Counted from the first letter of the stretch, positions 9,117-17,980 are shown. The stretch is DNA of 25,124 nucleotides from Fidelibacterota bacterium (GCA_027251445.1 JAPNQO010000112.1:1-25124), one strand, 5' to 3'. A program made the numbers and translations. The notes: generated by a model not told the origin, from the letters alone.

Positions 9117-9947
9117 ATGGCTAAAACATCTGGAGAAAAAAAGGCTTTTAAAGCTGGTATCGTAAAAGGGATGGGTCTTGTTGATGAAGGTTTGCCTGGA
9201 TGGTTTGGTACATTTGCAGATATGATGACATTACTTTTTGCCTTTTTTGTTCTTTTAGCTGCATTGTCAACAATGGATCCAGTAAAAATTATGGAGATGG
9301 CTAATTCTACAGGTAAATCTCTAGGTAGTAAAATTAAAAAGGAAGGTGCAGCAGAATTAGAAGGGGAATTTGAAAAAAAAGCTACAAAGCTATCGGAAGT
9401 AAAGGCATCTTTGGATGAAATGGTAGAGAAGATTGAAGCGGAAATGAAAAACACCAAAGGAGATCCTCCTGTTGAGGTAACTACTAGCGCAAAGGGCGTT
9501 ACTCTTGAAATAAGTGGAGACTTTAGCTTTGGGTCAGGTAGTGCAAGGATTAGCCCAGGACTAAAAAAACTTTTAACGGAAAAAATAGTCCCTGAAATTA
9601 AAAGTTCTATTTTTCAGATTGAAGTTGCTGGGCACACTGATAGCGATATATTACCAAAAGCTTATCAAAAAAGATTTCCATCAAATTGGGAACTTTCTAC
9701 AGCAAGAGGTTCGTCTGTTGTAAGAAATATTATTGACCAGGGAGTTAACCCAACTAGATTAGTTGCCGCGGGATATGCTGATTGGGTGCCAAGGGGTCAA
9801 TCTGGAAACTTAACACAGACGATTGATAGAAACACCGTTTTGGAGTTGAATGATACACCTGAAAAAAAGGGAAGAAATAGAAGAATAGAAATAACATTTT
9901 TAAAGCCTGCGCACCACACAACAAGTTATGTTGAAAATGAAAGTTAA
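9117..9947 (+). CDS. motB: Flagellar-type stator B subunit (MotB/PomB) with OmpA-like peptidoglycan-binding domain
   Basis: GLPGWFGTFADMMTLLFAFFVLLAALS TM with essential Asp35. VAGHTDS, FPSNWELSTARG, AGYAD, NRRIEI. Confidence 0.95.
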   Translation: MAKTSGEKKAFKAGIVKGMGLVDEGLPGWFGTFADMMTLLFAFFVLLAALSTMDPVKIMEMANSTGKSLGSKIKKEGAAELEGEFEKKATKLSEVKASLDEMVEKIEAEMKNTKGDPPVEVTTSAKGVTLEISGDFSFGSGSARISPGLKKLLTEKIVPEIKSSIFQIEVAGHTDSDILPKAYQKRFPSNWELSTARGSSVVRNIIDQGVNPTRLVAAGYADWVPRGQSGNLTQTIDRNTVLELNDTPEKKGRNRRIEITFLKPAHHTTSYVENES

Positions 9948-9986
9948 TTATAGTGAGTCTATTAAGAATTACAAAAGGAGTATAAT

Positions 9987-11435
9987 ATGAAGAGGGGACA
10001 TAAAATATATCCTTTCAGTTGGTTTTTTGTCTTAAGCCTTAGTTTATTATTAGGTCAACAAAGCTCATCCTATTTAACGCAAAAGTTAATGGTAGAAAGC
10101 GATCTAAGATCAAGAATAGCTAGCGCCTTATCTAAGATAATTGATGATCAAAAATATGTAATTGATGTGGATGTTGATATTGAAGTTACAGGTGAAAAAG
10201 AAGAACAAATTACTATAATACCCAGCGATCGACCAATTTATGATGAAGCATCAGCTCTTGAAGAATTAACAACAATAATTGGTGAAGCGGCACCAAGGGA
10301 TGGTTCGGATCCAGAATCTGAATTTTCTAGTATGGGTCTTCCAATACCGGGTTTTGATTTTGAAGTTGAAGCTGAACCGCAGGTAGCTCAGGAATCATCT
10401 AAAGAGGGACAGCAGGGCCCTGGCATGGTGGTTCCTATTCAAGAGCCTGGCAGCACAACTGAAAGAGTTCAGTCTAAAACTTTGACAAAAAGGGTTCCAG
10501 CAATAGCGGCCGTGAAACGCTTGCAAATTAGTATTATTCTTCAAGAGGGAGCTGCTCCAGAATTAATTGAAAATATTCGTCAAGTTGTAATGGTGGCATC
10601 AAGATTTGATCGTACAAGGGGCGATGTTCTAAGTATTATGACAGCATCATTTAAAGAAAGAAGAGATGAAAAAAGCGCTGAACAAGTTTTATTAAAAAGT
10701 ATTGCTGATAAGCTAGAGGTTCTTCAATCAGGCGAAGGTGATGATGCGTTAACAAAATCTATCGAGAAAGAAATAAGCGGTCCATTGCTAGAGTTAAAAG
10801 AACAGTTAAATAATTTAGAAAGAAGAAGCGCAGAAGATAAATTTGAATATGAAAGAAAAACTGCTTTGTTGCGGGATTCCTTACAATTGAGAGCTTTAAA
10901 AGAAGAGATAACTTCACTAAAAAATGAATTATCATATGCTAATGATGCTCGAGTAGATTCACAGCTGACAAATAGAATAGCAATGCTTGATTCTGTTCAA
11001 TTAGGATTAGAGCAAGAAATGAATAATGTTGAAAGTTCATCTGCCCTTATAATTCTGGTATCAATTTTGGGAGCCCTTGTAGTTGTATTGCTTGTATTGG
11101 TTATAATATTATTATTTAAGAAAAAACAAGGCCCACAACAACCAGCAATGCCGATGCCATGGCCGTATCCTCCTCCAATGCGAAAAAAAAAGCGCAAAAA
11201 TAGACCTCTAGCTAAAAATGCAAATGAAGAACCAAAAGAAGATACAGATGTTATCAGAGGAGAAATTGGTGAAATGCGGCAATCTGTAGTTTCAATGAGT
11301 GTGGGACAACCAAAAACTGCGACTCGGATTGTTAAAGAATGGTTAGAGGACGATGTGGTTCCAGAGCCAGAGCCTGAGGCGCCTCCAGAACCAGAAGAAG
11401 ATGATTCTGACAAAAAGAAGAAAAAGAAGAAATAA
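9987..11435 (+). CDS. fliF: Truncated FliF-like ring protein (RBM3/FliF_C only, added coiled coil, TM, FliG-binding tail)
   Basis: VESDLRSRIASALSKIIDDQKYVIDVDVD, VKRLQISIIL and IRQVVMVASRFDRTRGDVLSIMTASF match FliF C-terminal ring motifs. TM at about aa 353-377, QPKTATRIVKEWL tail, position directly upstream of fliG. RBS AGGAG upstream. Confidence 0.75.
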   Translation: MKRGHKIYPFSWFFVLSLSLLLGQQSSSYLTQKLMVESDLRSRIASALSKIIDDQKYVIDVDVDIEVTGEKEEQITIIPSDRPIYDEASALEELTTIIGEAAPRDGSDPESEFSSMGLPIPGFDFEVEAEPQVAQESSKEGQQGPGMVVPIQEPGSTTERVQSKTLTKRVPAIAAVKRLQISIILQEGAAPELIENIRQVVMVASRFDRTRGDVLSIMTASFKERRDEKSAEQVLLKSIADKLEVLQSGEGDDALTKSIEKEISGPLLELKEQLNNLERRSAEDKFEYERKTALLRDSLQLRALKEEITSLKNELSYANDARVDSQLTNRIAMLDSVQLGLEQEMNNVESSSALIILVSILGALVVVLLVLVIILLFKKKQGPQQPAMPMPWPYPPPMRKKKRKNRPLAKNANEEPKEDTDVIRGEIGEMRQSVVSMSVGQPKTATRIVKEWLEDDVVPEPEPEAPPEPEEDDSDKKKKKKK

Positions 11436-11447
11436 AGAGGTCATTAT

Positions 11448-12386
11448 ATGATCACTGATATAAAAAGATTATCTGGTCTACAAAAAGTAGCTATACTATT
11501 TAATATACTTGGAGAAGGTCTATCTATAACTTTGTTAAAAGAATTAACAAAGACAGACATAAGAAAAGTTAGAGCAGTTGCTCGTGATATGGATAGTGTT
11601 TCTTTTAAAGTAAAGAAACAGGTTATAGAACAATACTATTATAGTTTTGTAAGTGAAAAGTTCCAAGCTGAAGAAGGTAGTGAAGATGAACCAAAGAAGC
11701 CGTTTGCTTTTCTAGAAGAGTTAACAGATGAGCAATTAATTTCAATGGTTTTACCAGAAGACACTCGAGTAAAAGCTATTGTAATGGCACAGGTTGACCA
11801 AGAAAAGCGATCAAAAGTATTAGAGCGTTTAGATCCAGAAGAAAAAGGCAGAGTTTTGATTGAAATGGGGACACTAGATGAAGTGCCTTTAGAGGCGGTA
11901 GTAAGCGTTGCTTCAGAATTACAAGAAAAATCACACTTTTTACCAAAAACTGTGGATTTTTCCAGGGGAGGTGGAAAAGATGTAGCTGATATTCTGGGAG
12001 AAATGGATCCAGATGATGAATCAAAATATTTAGAAGCTATATCAAGAGAAGCCCCTTTGTTAGCAGAAGAAATAAAAAAATATCACCTTAAATGGGATGA
12101 TATTTTTGAATTCTTTCCTGATAATATAATACGCGACCTTATGAATTCAGTTGAACTTGATCTTATTGCAATGTCAATGAAAGGTATGGATGAAGAAGTA
12201 GTTACGAGAGTAAAAAATAACCTACCACAGAAAAAACAAGCTATGTATGAACCTGTAGAAGGCGCAGTATCTAAAAGAGAAGTTGATAATGCTAGAAAAG
12301 GAATAGTTCAAGCAGCAAAACAAATGGAAAAAGATGGAGCGTTTAAGTTGGAAGATTTTATTGGCGGCGGAGAGATGGTAGAGTAA
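11448..12386 (+). CDS. fliG: Divergent flagellar rotor protein FliG
   Basis: LSGLQKVAILFNILGE, KPFAFLE, GGKDVADIL, PLLAEEIKK, IAMSMKG, V..REVDNARKGIV...MEKDG...GGGEMVE. RBS GAGG upstream. Confidence 0.92.
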   Translation: MITDIKRLSGLQKVAILFNILGEGLSITLLKELTKTDIRKVRAVARDMDSVSFKVKKQVIEQYYYSFVSEKFQAEEGSEDEPKKPFAFLEELTDEQLISMVLPEDTRVKAIVMAQVDQEKRSKVLERLDPEEKGRVLIEMGTLDEVPLEAVVSVASELQEKSHFLPKTVDFSRGGGKDVADILGEMDPDDESKYLEAISREAPLLAEEIKKYHLKWDDIFEFFPDNIIRDLMNSVELDLIAMSMKGMDEEVVTRVKNNLPQKKQAMYEPVEGAVSKREVDNARKGIVQAAKQMEKDGAFKLEDFIGGGEMVE

Positions 12387-12410
12387 TAAATCTTTGTTAA
12401 TTTTTATATT

Positions 12411-12434
12411 AAACCCCCGTAAAGGGGGTTTTTT
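12411..12434 (+). terminator. Intrinsic terminator after fliG
   Basis: AAACCCCC-GTAAA-GGGGGTTT hairpin running into a T6 tract (12429-12434), 25 nt after the fliG stop. Confidence 0.9.
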
Positions 12435-12439
12435 ATTAT

Positions 12440-13729
12440 ATGAAAAATAATATAATAGACTTAATTCTAAAAAGTACTTCAACTAAGGATGTGAGATTAG
12501 TTGGAGTTGAAATAGAAAATTTTGTATACGAAAAAAATGGTAAAAGAATTACGGTAAATCCTTCAAGCCGTTATTCTGCTTCTGATTTATTATCTGATTT
12601 AATTAATGAAAAAGATAAGAATGATGAAAAGTATGATTATTCAATTGAGCCTGGCGGTCAAATTGAATGGGCATCTGCACCATATACTTCGTTACAAGAT
12701 ATTTATTCTGAGTATACTAGACATTTAGATAGCTTAACTGGACTTCTTGAAAATAATTCATTGTTTACAATTGGCTCTACAGTTGAGCCAATATCCCCTC
12801 CCAATTCCATCGAATTAATTAATGATACTAAGTATCAATTAATGGATAATATGTTTGAAGGAGTAGGAACATATGGAAGATGGATGATGCGAAATACTAC
12901 CAGCGTTCAAGTAAACATTGATATTTTATCTAAAGAAGATGGTGAACAAATGGCTTTTCTATCTGATTGTATAAGTCCATTCGCGTCATTGTTATTTGCT
13001 AATGCATCTTTTATTAATACAGATCCTATTGGCAAAGATAATTTTAGACATATAATTTGGTCTAATACTGACAACACGAGATGTGGATACTTGTTTGATC
13101 ATAATATTATTTCGAGTAACAATTTAATAGAAAAATTTTCTGATATAGTTTTAAATGCACCATCTATTTTTTCGATTAATAATAAATATGAAATAAATCA
13201 ATTTGTTGGTCCAATAAAAAAATGGCTTAATCTATTGCATGATAATAATCAGTTAGATGATAAAATTATTAATTCTGCAATTCGTCAAATTTTTACACAT
13301 GTTAGATTTAAGCAGGGGATGCTAGAGCTTAGATGTACGGATCGCCCACCGATTGGTTATGAATTTGCTCCAGTGGCATTTTGGGTTGGATTATTAACAG
13401 ATGATGATATAAGAAATAACCTGTTAGAAATATTTCATTCATGGAGTGATGCAGATAGAAAAATTGCGATAAGGAATGCAGATTATCTAGATTTAGAAAG
13501 AATTGGACCTCAAAATAAAAGCATGTTTGATTGGATAAATTATTTTTCTGATTTAGCTCTAAATGGCCTATCTAGAAGGAGTAATCTTTTATCTATAAAA
13601 GCTGAAACAGACTTATTAATACCATATCTAGAATTATTTCAAAATAAAGGGATGCCAGGCGAATTCCTCCAGTATAATTATTTAAATAGTAAGAAACCGT
13701 TAATAGACTTTTTAAAAGAACATATATGA
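12440..13729 (+). CDS. gshA: Glutamate--cysteine ligase family 2 (GCS2; GshA/EgtA-like gamma-glutamyl ligase)
   Basis: VGVEIENF, SIEPGGQIEWASAP, WMMRNTTSVQVNID, LFANASF, RHIIWSNTDNTRCG, IFTHVRFK..LELR, AFWVGLL. Confidence 0.88.
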   Translation: MKNNIIDLILKSTSTKDVRLVGVEIENFVYEKNGKRITVNPSSRYSASDLLSDLINEKDKNDEKYDYSIEPGGQIEWASAPYTSLQDIYSEYTRHLDSLTGLLENNSLFTIGSTVEPISPPNSIELINDTKYQLMDNMFEGVGTYGRWMMRNTTSVQVNIDILSKEDGEQMAFLSDCISPFASLLFANASFINTDPIGKDNFRHIIWSNTDNTRCGYLFDHNIISSNNLIEKFSDIVLNAPSIFSINNKYEINQFVGPIKKWLNLLHDNNQLDDKIINSAIRQIFTHVRFKQGMLELRCTDRPPIGYEFAPVAFWVGLLTDDDIRNNLLEIFHSWSDADRKIAIRNADYLDLERIGPQNKSMFDWINYFSDLALNGLSRRSNLLSIKAETDLLIPYLELFQNKGMPGEFLQYNYLNSKKPLIDFLKEHI

Positions 13730-14442
13730 AGAAACCAATCATCGGTATAAATCCTTATTATTATGAACATAATGGGGCAATGTGGAATGCAACGAAAGAA
13801 AGCTACTATCAATCGGTATGGCAAGCAGGCGGCACTGCATTTACACTTAATTATCCTAATAATAATAACTTAATCATTGAGATTGCAGAAATTATAGATG
13901 GATTATTACTTGTTGGCGGACCAGATATCCCAATAGAAATATATAATGGTGATTTTCCTAATTTACTTGATAAAGATGTTATGTTAACGGAAAGAGAACA
14001 ATTTGACAGAGATATATTTTCAGCTATGTATAATTTGAATAAACCTATTTTAGCTATTTGTGTGGGTATGCAACATATAAATGTGATAAGAGGGGGTAGT
14101 TTATATGAAGATTTAAATAAACAACTTGAAGGATCTGTAAATCATGGAAAATTCAATGGGGAATGGTCTCAACATAGTGTGCATATTAATCAAAGTTCTT
14201 TTTTACATGAAATTATTAATCAAGAAGTAATACAAATAGCAAGCACTCATCATCAAGGCATAAGAACTTTAGGCCGCGGCTTAAAACCGGTTGCTTGGTC
14301 AGCAGATGGCTTAATAGAAGCTGTGGAAGATTCTAATTCTCCTAAATCATTTATAGCTGTTCAGTGGCATCCAGAATTAATGCCTAAAGATAAATATCAA
14401 AAGAAATTATTTAGCTGGTTAATCAGCGAAGCAAAAATATAA
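13726..14442 (+). CDS. Peptidase C26 / gamma-glutamyl-gamma-aminobutyrate hydrolase-like (PuuD family)
   Basis: ATGA overlap with the ligase. KPIIGI, DGLLLVGGPDI, PILAICVGMQ (nucleophile Cys), STHHQGI, DGLIEAVE, AVQWHPE (His-Glu). Confidence 0.92.
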   Translation: MKKPIIGINPYYYEHNGAMWNATKESYYQSVWQAGGTAFTLNYPNNNNLIIEIAEIIDGLLLVGGPDIPIEIYNGDFPNLLDKDVMLTEREQFDRDIFSAMYNLNKPILAICVGMQHINVIRGGSLYEDLNKQLEGSVNHGKFNGEWSQHSVHINQSSFLHEIINQEVIQIASTHHQGIRTLGRGLKPVAWSADGLIEAVEDSNSPKSFIAVQWHPELMPKDKYQKKLFSWLISEAKI

Positions 14443-14641
14443 TCTTAACAAACTAATCTATATCAACTTCTATTTTCCATAATTATTAAACGGAATAGTA
14501 AATTTTTTATATATCAAGCTATTATAATTTTCTATTTTATAAACTGTTTTATATCACTATAAGTAGTAATTAACTTCTCGATGAAATGAATAATACTCTA
14601 TTTAATTCAATATATATTATTATAAAAACAAACCGCAGAAA

Positions 14642-15319
14642 ATGTTAAGTAAATCGTTAGATATTTTTAGTACTACTATAGGGAAAAAACTGCTAGTTGC
14701 CGTTACTGGATTATTAGTTTGCTTATTTCTTGTATTCCATTTATTGAATAATCTCATCATTTTTACGGGTCCAGAAAATTTTAACCAATTAGTTGCCGCT
14801 CTTGAAAAAATAAAACCACTAATTAGGGTAATGGAGTTCTTACTTCTTATTATTTTTATAACTCACATATATAATTCAATTTTATTAACTGTAAATTCCA
14901 AAAAATCCAGATCAACAGATTATGAGAAATTTTCAAATAAAAGTAGCAGCATATACTCAAGAACAATGTTCTTATCCGGTAGCATTCTTCTTATATTTAT
15001 TATTACCCATTTATCTACTATATGGTTCAATTTTCAAAATATAGATGATCATGATATATATTATTATTTTGTGACTGAAAGTATCTATGGATTTGGAAAT
15101 ATTTTTATAACGATATTGTATCTTGTTTCTATGTTTTTATTAGGATTTCATTTACGGCATGGTTTTCAATCTGCATTCAAAACCTTAGGTGTAGAAAATT
15201 CTAAATTTGAAAAACTAATCAATGCAGTATCTGTTTTATTTTGGTTTTTTATCCCTTTAGGGTTTTTTAGTATAGCATTTTGGTTTGGTATTTTAGATGG
15301 TGGAAAATGGCTACATTAA
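14642..15319 (+). CDS. sdhC: Succinate dehydrogenase/fumarate reductase cytochrome b subunit
   Basis: [21 protein letters not shown], five hydrophobic segments, four His in TM context, [14 protein letters not shown]. First gene of sdhCAB. Confidence 0.93.
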   Translation: MLSKSLDIFSTTIGKKLLVAVTGLLVCLFLVFHLLNNLIIFTGPENFNQLVAALEKIKPLIRVMEFLLLIIFITHIYNSILLTVNSKKSRSTDYEKFSNKSSSIYSRTMFLSGSILLIFIITHLSTIWFNFQNIDDHDIYYYFVTESIYGFGNIFITILYLVSMFLLGFHLRHGFQSAFKTLGVENSKFEKLINAVSVLFWFFIPLGFFSIAFWFGILDGGKWLH

Positions 15320-17226
15320 ATTCAAATATTCCAAATGGTGAATTAATTGATAAGTGGACAAACTATCGTTCTAGCCTACCATTAGTTAGCCCATCAAATA
15401 AGCAAAAATTAGATATAATAGTTGTTGGCACTGGTTTGGCGGGCGCATCTGCAGCCTCTTCATTAGCTGAAATGGGATATAATATTAAGTCTTTTTGTTT
15501 TCAGGATAGCCCAAGAAGAGCTCATTCAATTGCTGCTCAAGGAGGAATAAATGCTTCAAAAAACTATCAAAATGACGGAGATAGTACGTATAGGTTATTT
15601 TATGATACTATAAAAGGAGGTGATTATCGCTCTAGAGAAGCAAATGTTTATAGATTAGCAGAGGTTAGTGGTAGTATTATTGACCAGTGCGTTGCCCAAG
15701 GAGTCCCCTTTGCAAGAGAATATGGCGGCACTCTTGCAAACCGATCATTTGGAGGGGTTCAGGTCTCTAGGACCTTTTATGCAAGAGGACAAACTGGCCA
15801 GCAATTATTATTAGGGGCATATAGCGCTCTAAGTCGTCAAATTGCTAATGGTAAAGTTCAAATGTTTTCAAAGCATGAAATGCTTGACATAGTTTTAGTG
15901 AATGGAGTTGCAAGAGGTATTATAGCAAGAAATTTAATTAATGGACAATTAGAAAGATATAGCGCAAATGCAGTGGTTTTAGCCACAGGTGGATATAGTA
16001 ATGTTTATTATTTATCAACCAATGCAATGGGTAGTAATGTTACTGCAATATGGAAAGCTTATAAAAAAGGAGCAAATTTTGCAAACCCATGCTTTACTCA
16101 AATTCACCCAACTTGCATTCCTGTCTCTGGAGAATATCAATCAAAACTTACATTAATGTCAGAATCTCTCAGAAATGATGGAAGAATATGGGTCCCAGGG
16201 TCTACTGATGAGAATCGTAGCCCCGATCAAATACCTGAAGATCAAAGAGATTATTATTTAGAAAGAAGGTATCCAGCCTTTGGGAATCTAGTTCCGCGCG
16301 ATATTGCCTCTAGAGCTGCAAAAGAAAGATGCGATAATGGCTATGGCGTTGGTGAAACAGGGCAAGCTGTGTATTTAGATTTTAAAGATGCAATTAGTAA
16401 CCTTGGTATAGAGACAATCCGATCTAGATATGGCAATCTTTTTGAAATGTATAATAAGATAACAGGGGATGATCCCTATAATACACCGATGCGGATTTAC
16501 CCTGCAGTCCATTATACAATGGGGGGGCTTTGGGTAGATTATAATTTAATGACAACTGTGCCAGGTTTGTTTGCTATAGGTGAATGTAATTTTTCTGATC
16601 ATGGCGCAAATAGGCTAGGCGCATCAGCATTAATGCAGGGCCTTGCAGATGGTTATTTCGTTCTACCATATACAATAGGTACTTATTTATCAAATGAGAT
16701 AAATAAATCTAATATAAACACATCTCATGAAGCTTTTGATAAATCTGAATCTAATGTGTTAGATACAATTAATTATTTTATTTCAAATAAAGGGAATGCA
16801 TCAGTTGATTTTTTCCATCGTGAATTAGGAAAAATAATGTGGGAATATTGTGGTATGTCTAGGAATGAATCCGGATTAAAAAAGGCAATTGTTAATTTAA
16901 AAGATTTAAAAGAATCGTTTTGGAAAGACATAAAGGTCTTAGGCAGTTCTGATTCTTTAAATCTAGAGTTAGAAAAGGCTGGACGTGTAGCTGATTTGAT
17001 TGAACTTGGAGAAGTGATGGTTCACGATGCTCTACAAAGAAAAGAGTCTTGTGGGGCTCATTTTCGCGAAGAATATCAAACGGATGAAGGAGAGGCTCTT
17101 AGAAACGATGATGATTTTACGAATGTATTTGCCTGGGCATATGAAAATGCAGAATCGGAACCTAAACTAAATATAGAAAACCTAACTTTTGAAAATGTTT
17201 CTTTATCACAGCGTAGCTATAAATGA
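15307..17226 (+). CDS. sdhA: Succinate dehydrogenase/fumarate reductase flavoprotein subunit
   Basis: Start revised to ATG 15307 (MATLNSNIP). [21 protein letters not shown] (FAD His), [38 protein letters not shown]. Confidence 0.97.
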   Translation: MATLNSNIPNGELIDKWTNYRSSLPLVSPSNKQKLDIIVVGTGLAGASAASSLAEMGYNIKSFCFQDSPRRAHSIAAQGGINASKNYQNDGDSTYRLFYDTIKGGDYRSREANVYRLAEVSGSIIDQCVAQGVPFAREYGGTLANRSFGGVQVSRTFYARGQTGQQLLLGAYSALSRQIANGKVQMFSKHEMLDIVLVNGVARGIIARNLINGQLERYSANAVVLATGGYSNVYYLSTNAMGSNVTAIWKAYKKGANFANPCFTQIHPTCIPVSGEYQSKLTLMSESLRNDGRIWVPGSTDENRSPDQIPEDQRDYYLERRYPAFGNLVPRDIASRAAKERCDNGYGVGETGQAVYLDFKDAISNLGIETIRSRYGNLFEMYNKITGDDPYNTPMRIYPAVHYTMGGLWVDYNLMTTVPGLFAIGECNFSDHGANRLGASALMQGLADGYFVLPYTIGTYLSNEINKSNINTSHEAFDKSESNVLDTINYFISNKGNASVDFFHRELGKIMWEYCGMSRNESGLKKAIVNLKDLKESFWKDIKVLGSSDSLNLELEKAGRVADLIELGEVMVHDALQRKESCGAHFREEYQTDEGEALRNDDDFTNVFAWAYENAESEPKLNIENLTFENVSLSQRSYK

Positions 17227-17975
17227 ATAAATTAAATATAACATTGAAAATATGGAGACAATTTTCTCCTGAAGATGATGGAGAATTGGTTGAATATAAT
17301 CTTAACAATCTAAATCCGCACATGTCCTTTCTTGAAATGTTGGATGTTCTTAATGAAAAATTGATTAGTGAAAATAATGATCCAATAGCTTTTGAGCATG
17401 ACTGCAGAGAAGGGATATGCGGTAGTTGCTCAATGATGATAAACGGAGAACCCCATGGCCCTTTAAAAGGGACAACAGCTTGTCAATTACATATGTTTCA
17501 TTTTGAAGATGAGGATACAATTACCGTTGAACCATGGAGAGCAAATTCTTTTCCTATAGTAAAAGATCTAGTGGTAGACAGAAGTGCGTTTGATCGAATA
17601 ATTCAATCTGGAGGCTATATATCTGTTAATACTGGTAGTGCTCCTGATGGGAATGCAATACCAATATCGCGTTCTGACGCTACAGAGGCTTTTGATTCTG
17701 CGGCATGTATTGGCTGTGGCGCATGTGTTGCTGTATGTAAAAATAGCTCAGCAAGCCTTTTTGTCTCTGCAAAAATATCTCAACTTTCAGTTTTACCTCA
17801 AGGAGCTCCAGAGAAAAACGAGCGCGTTATAAGTATGGTAAATAAAATGGACGAAGAGGGGTTTGGGCATTGCTCAAATACTGGTGCTTGTGAAGCACAA
17901 TGCCCTAAAGGCATTTCTATTAATAATATTAAGCATATGAATAGCGAATATTTAAAGGCAAAGTTAAAAAAGTAA
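17223..17975 (+). CDS. sdhB: Succinate dehydrogenase/fumarate reductase iron-sulfur subunit
   Basis: [21 protein letters not shown] and [12 protein letters not shown] clusters. ATGA overlap with sdhA. Confidence 0.97.
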   Translation: MNKLNITLKIWRQFSPEDDGELVEYNLNNLNPHMSFLEMLDVLNEKLISENNDPIAFEHDCREGICGSCSMMINGEPHGPLKGTTACQLHMFHFEDEDTITVEPWRANSFPIVKDLVVDRSAFDRIIQSGGYISVNTGSAPDGNAIPISRSDATEAFDSAACIGCGACVAVCKNSSASLFVSAKISQLSVLPQGAPEKNERVISMVNKMDEEGFGHCSNTGACEAQCPKGISINNIKHMNSEYLKAKLKK

Positions 17976-17980
17976 AATTA

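Noticed and set aside
8325..9947. Zorya (ZorAB) anti-phage system or TolQR interpretation of the stator genes
   Set aside because: The A subunit is 261 aa with a flagellar-type cytoplasmic domain and no long ZorA tail. There is no zorC/D/E or tolA/B/pal, and fliF-like and fliG follow directly.
11361..11432. CCAGAG and AAGAAA short tandem repeats
   Set aside because: Explained by the PEPEPE and poly-Lys protein sequence. They are degenerate at third positions, so not a DNA repeat element or phase-variation tract.
9987..12386. Decaying flagellar remnant / pseudogenes
   Set aside because: All frames are intact with RBSs, tight spacing, conserved functional residues and a terminator. The losses are motif-specific. 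A formal dN/dS test is still needed.
7888..12482. Antisense ORFs 7888-8139, 8195-8905, 9029-9457, 10997-11413, 11776-12024, 12222-12482
   Set aside because: They lie opposite well-supported genes and have no recognisable motifs, so they are shadow ORFs.
12440..15319. Visibly more AT-rich stretch suggesting horizontal transfer
   Set aside because: No integrase, tRNA or flanking repeats. Asn/Ile/Phe-rich protein composition could explain it, and I could not compute codon statistics.
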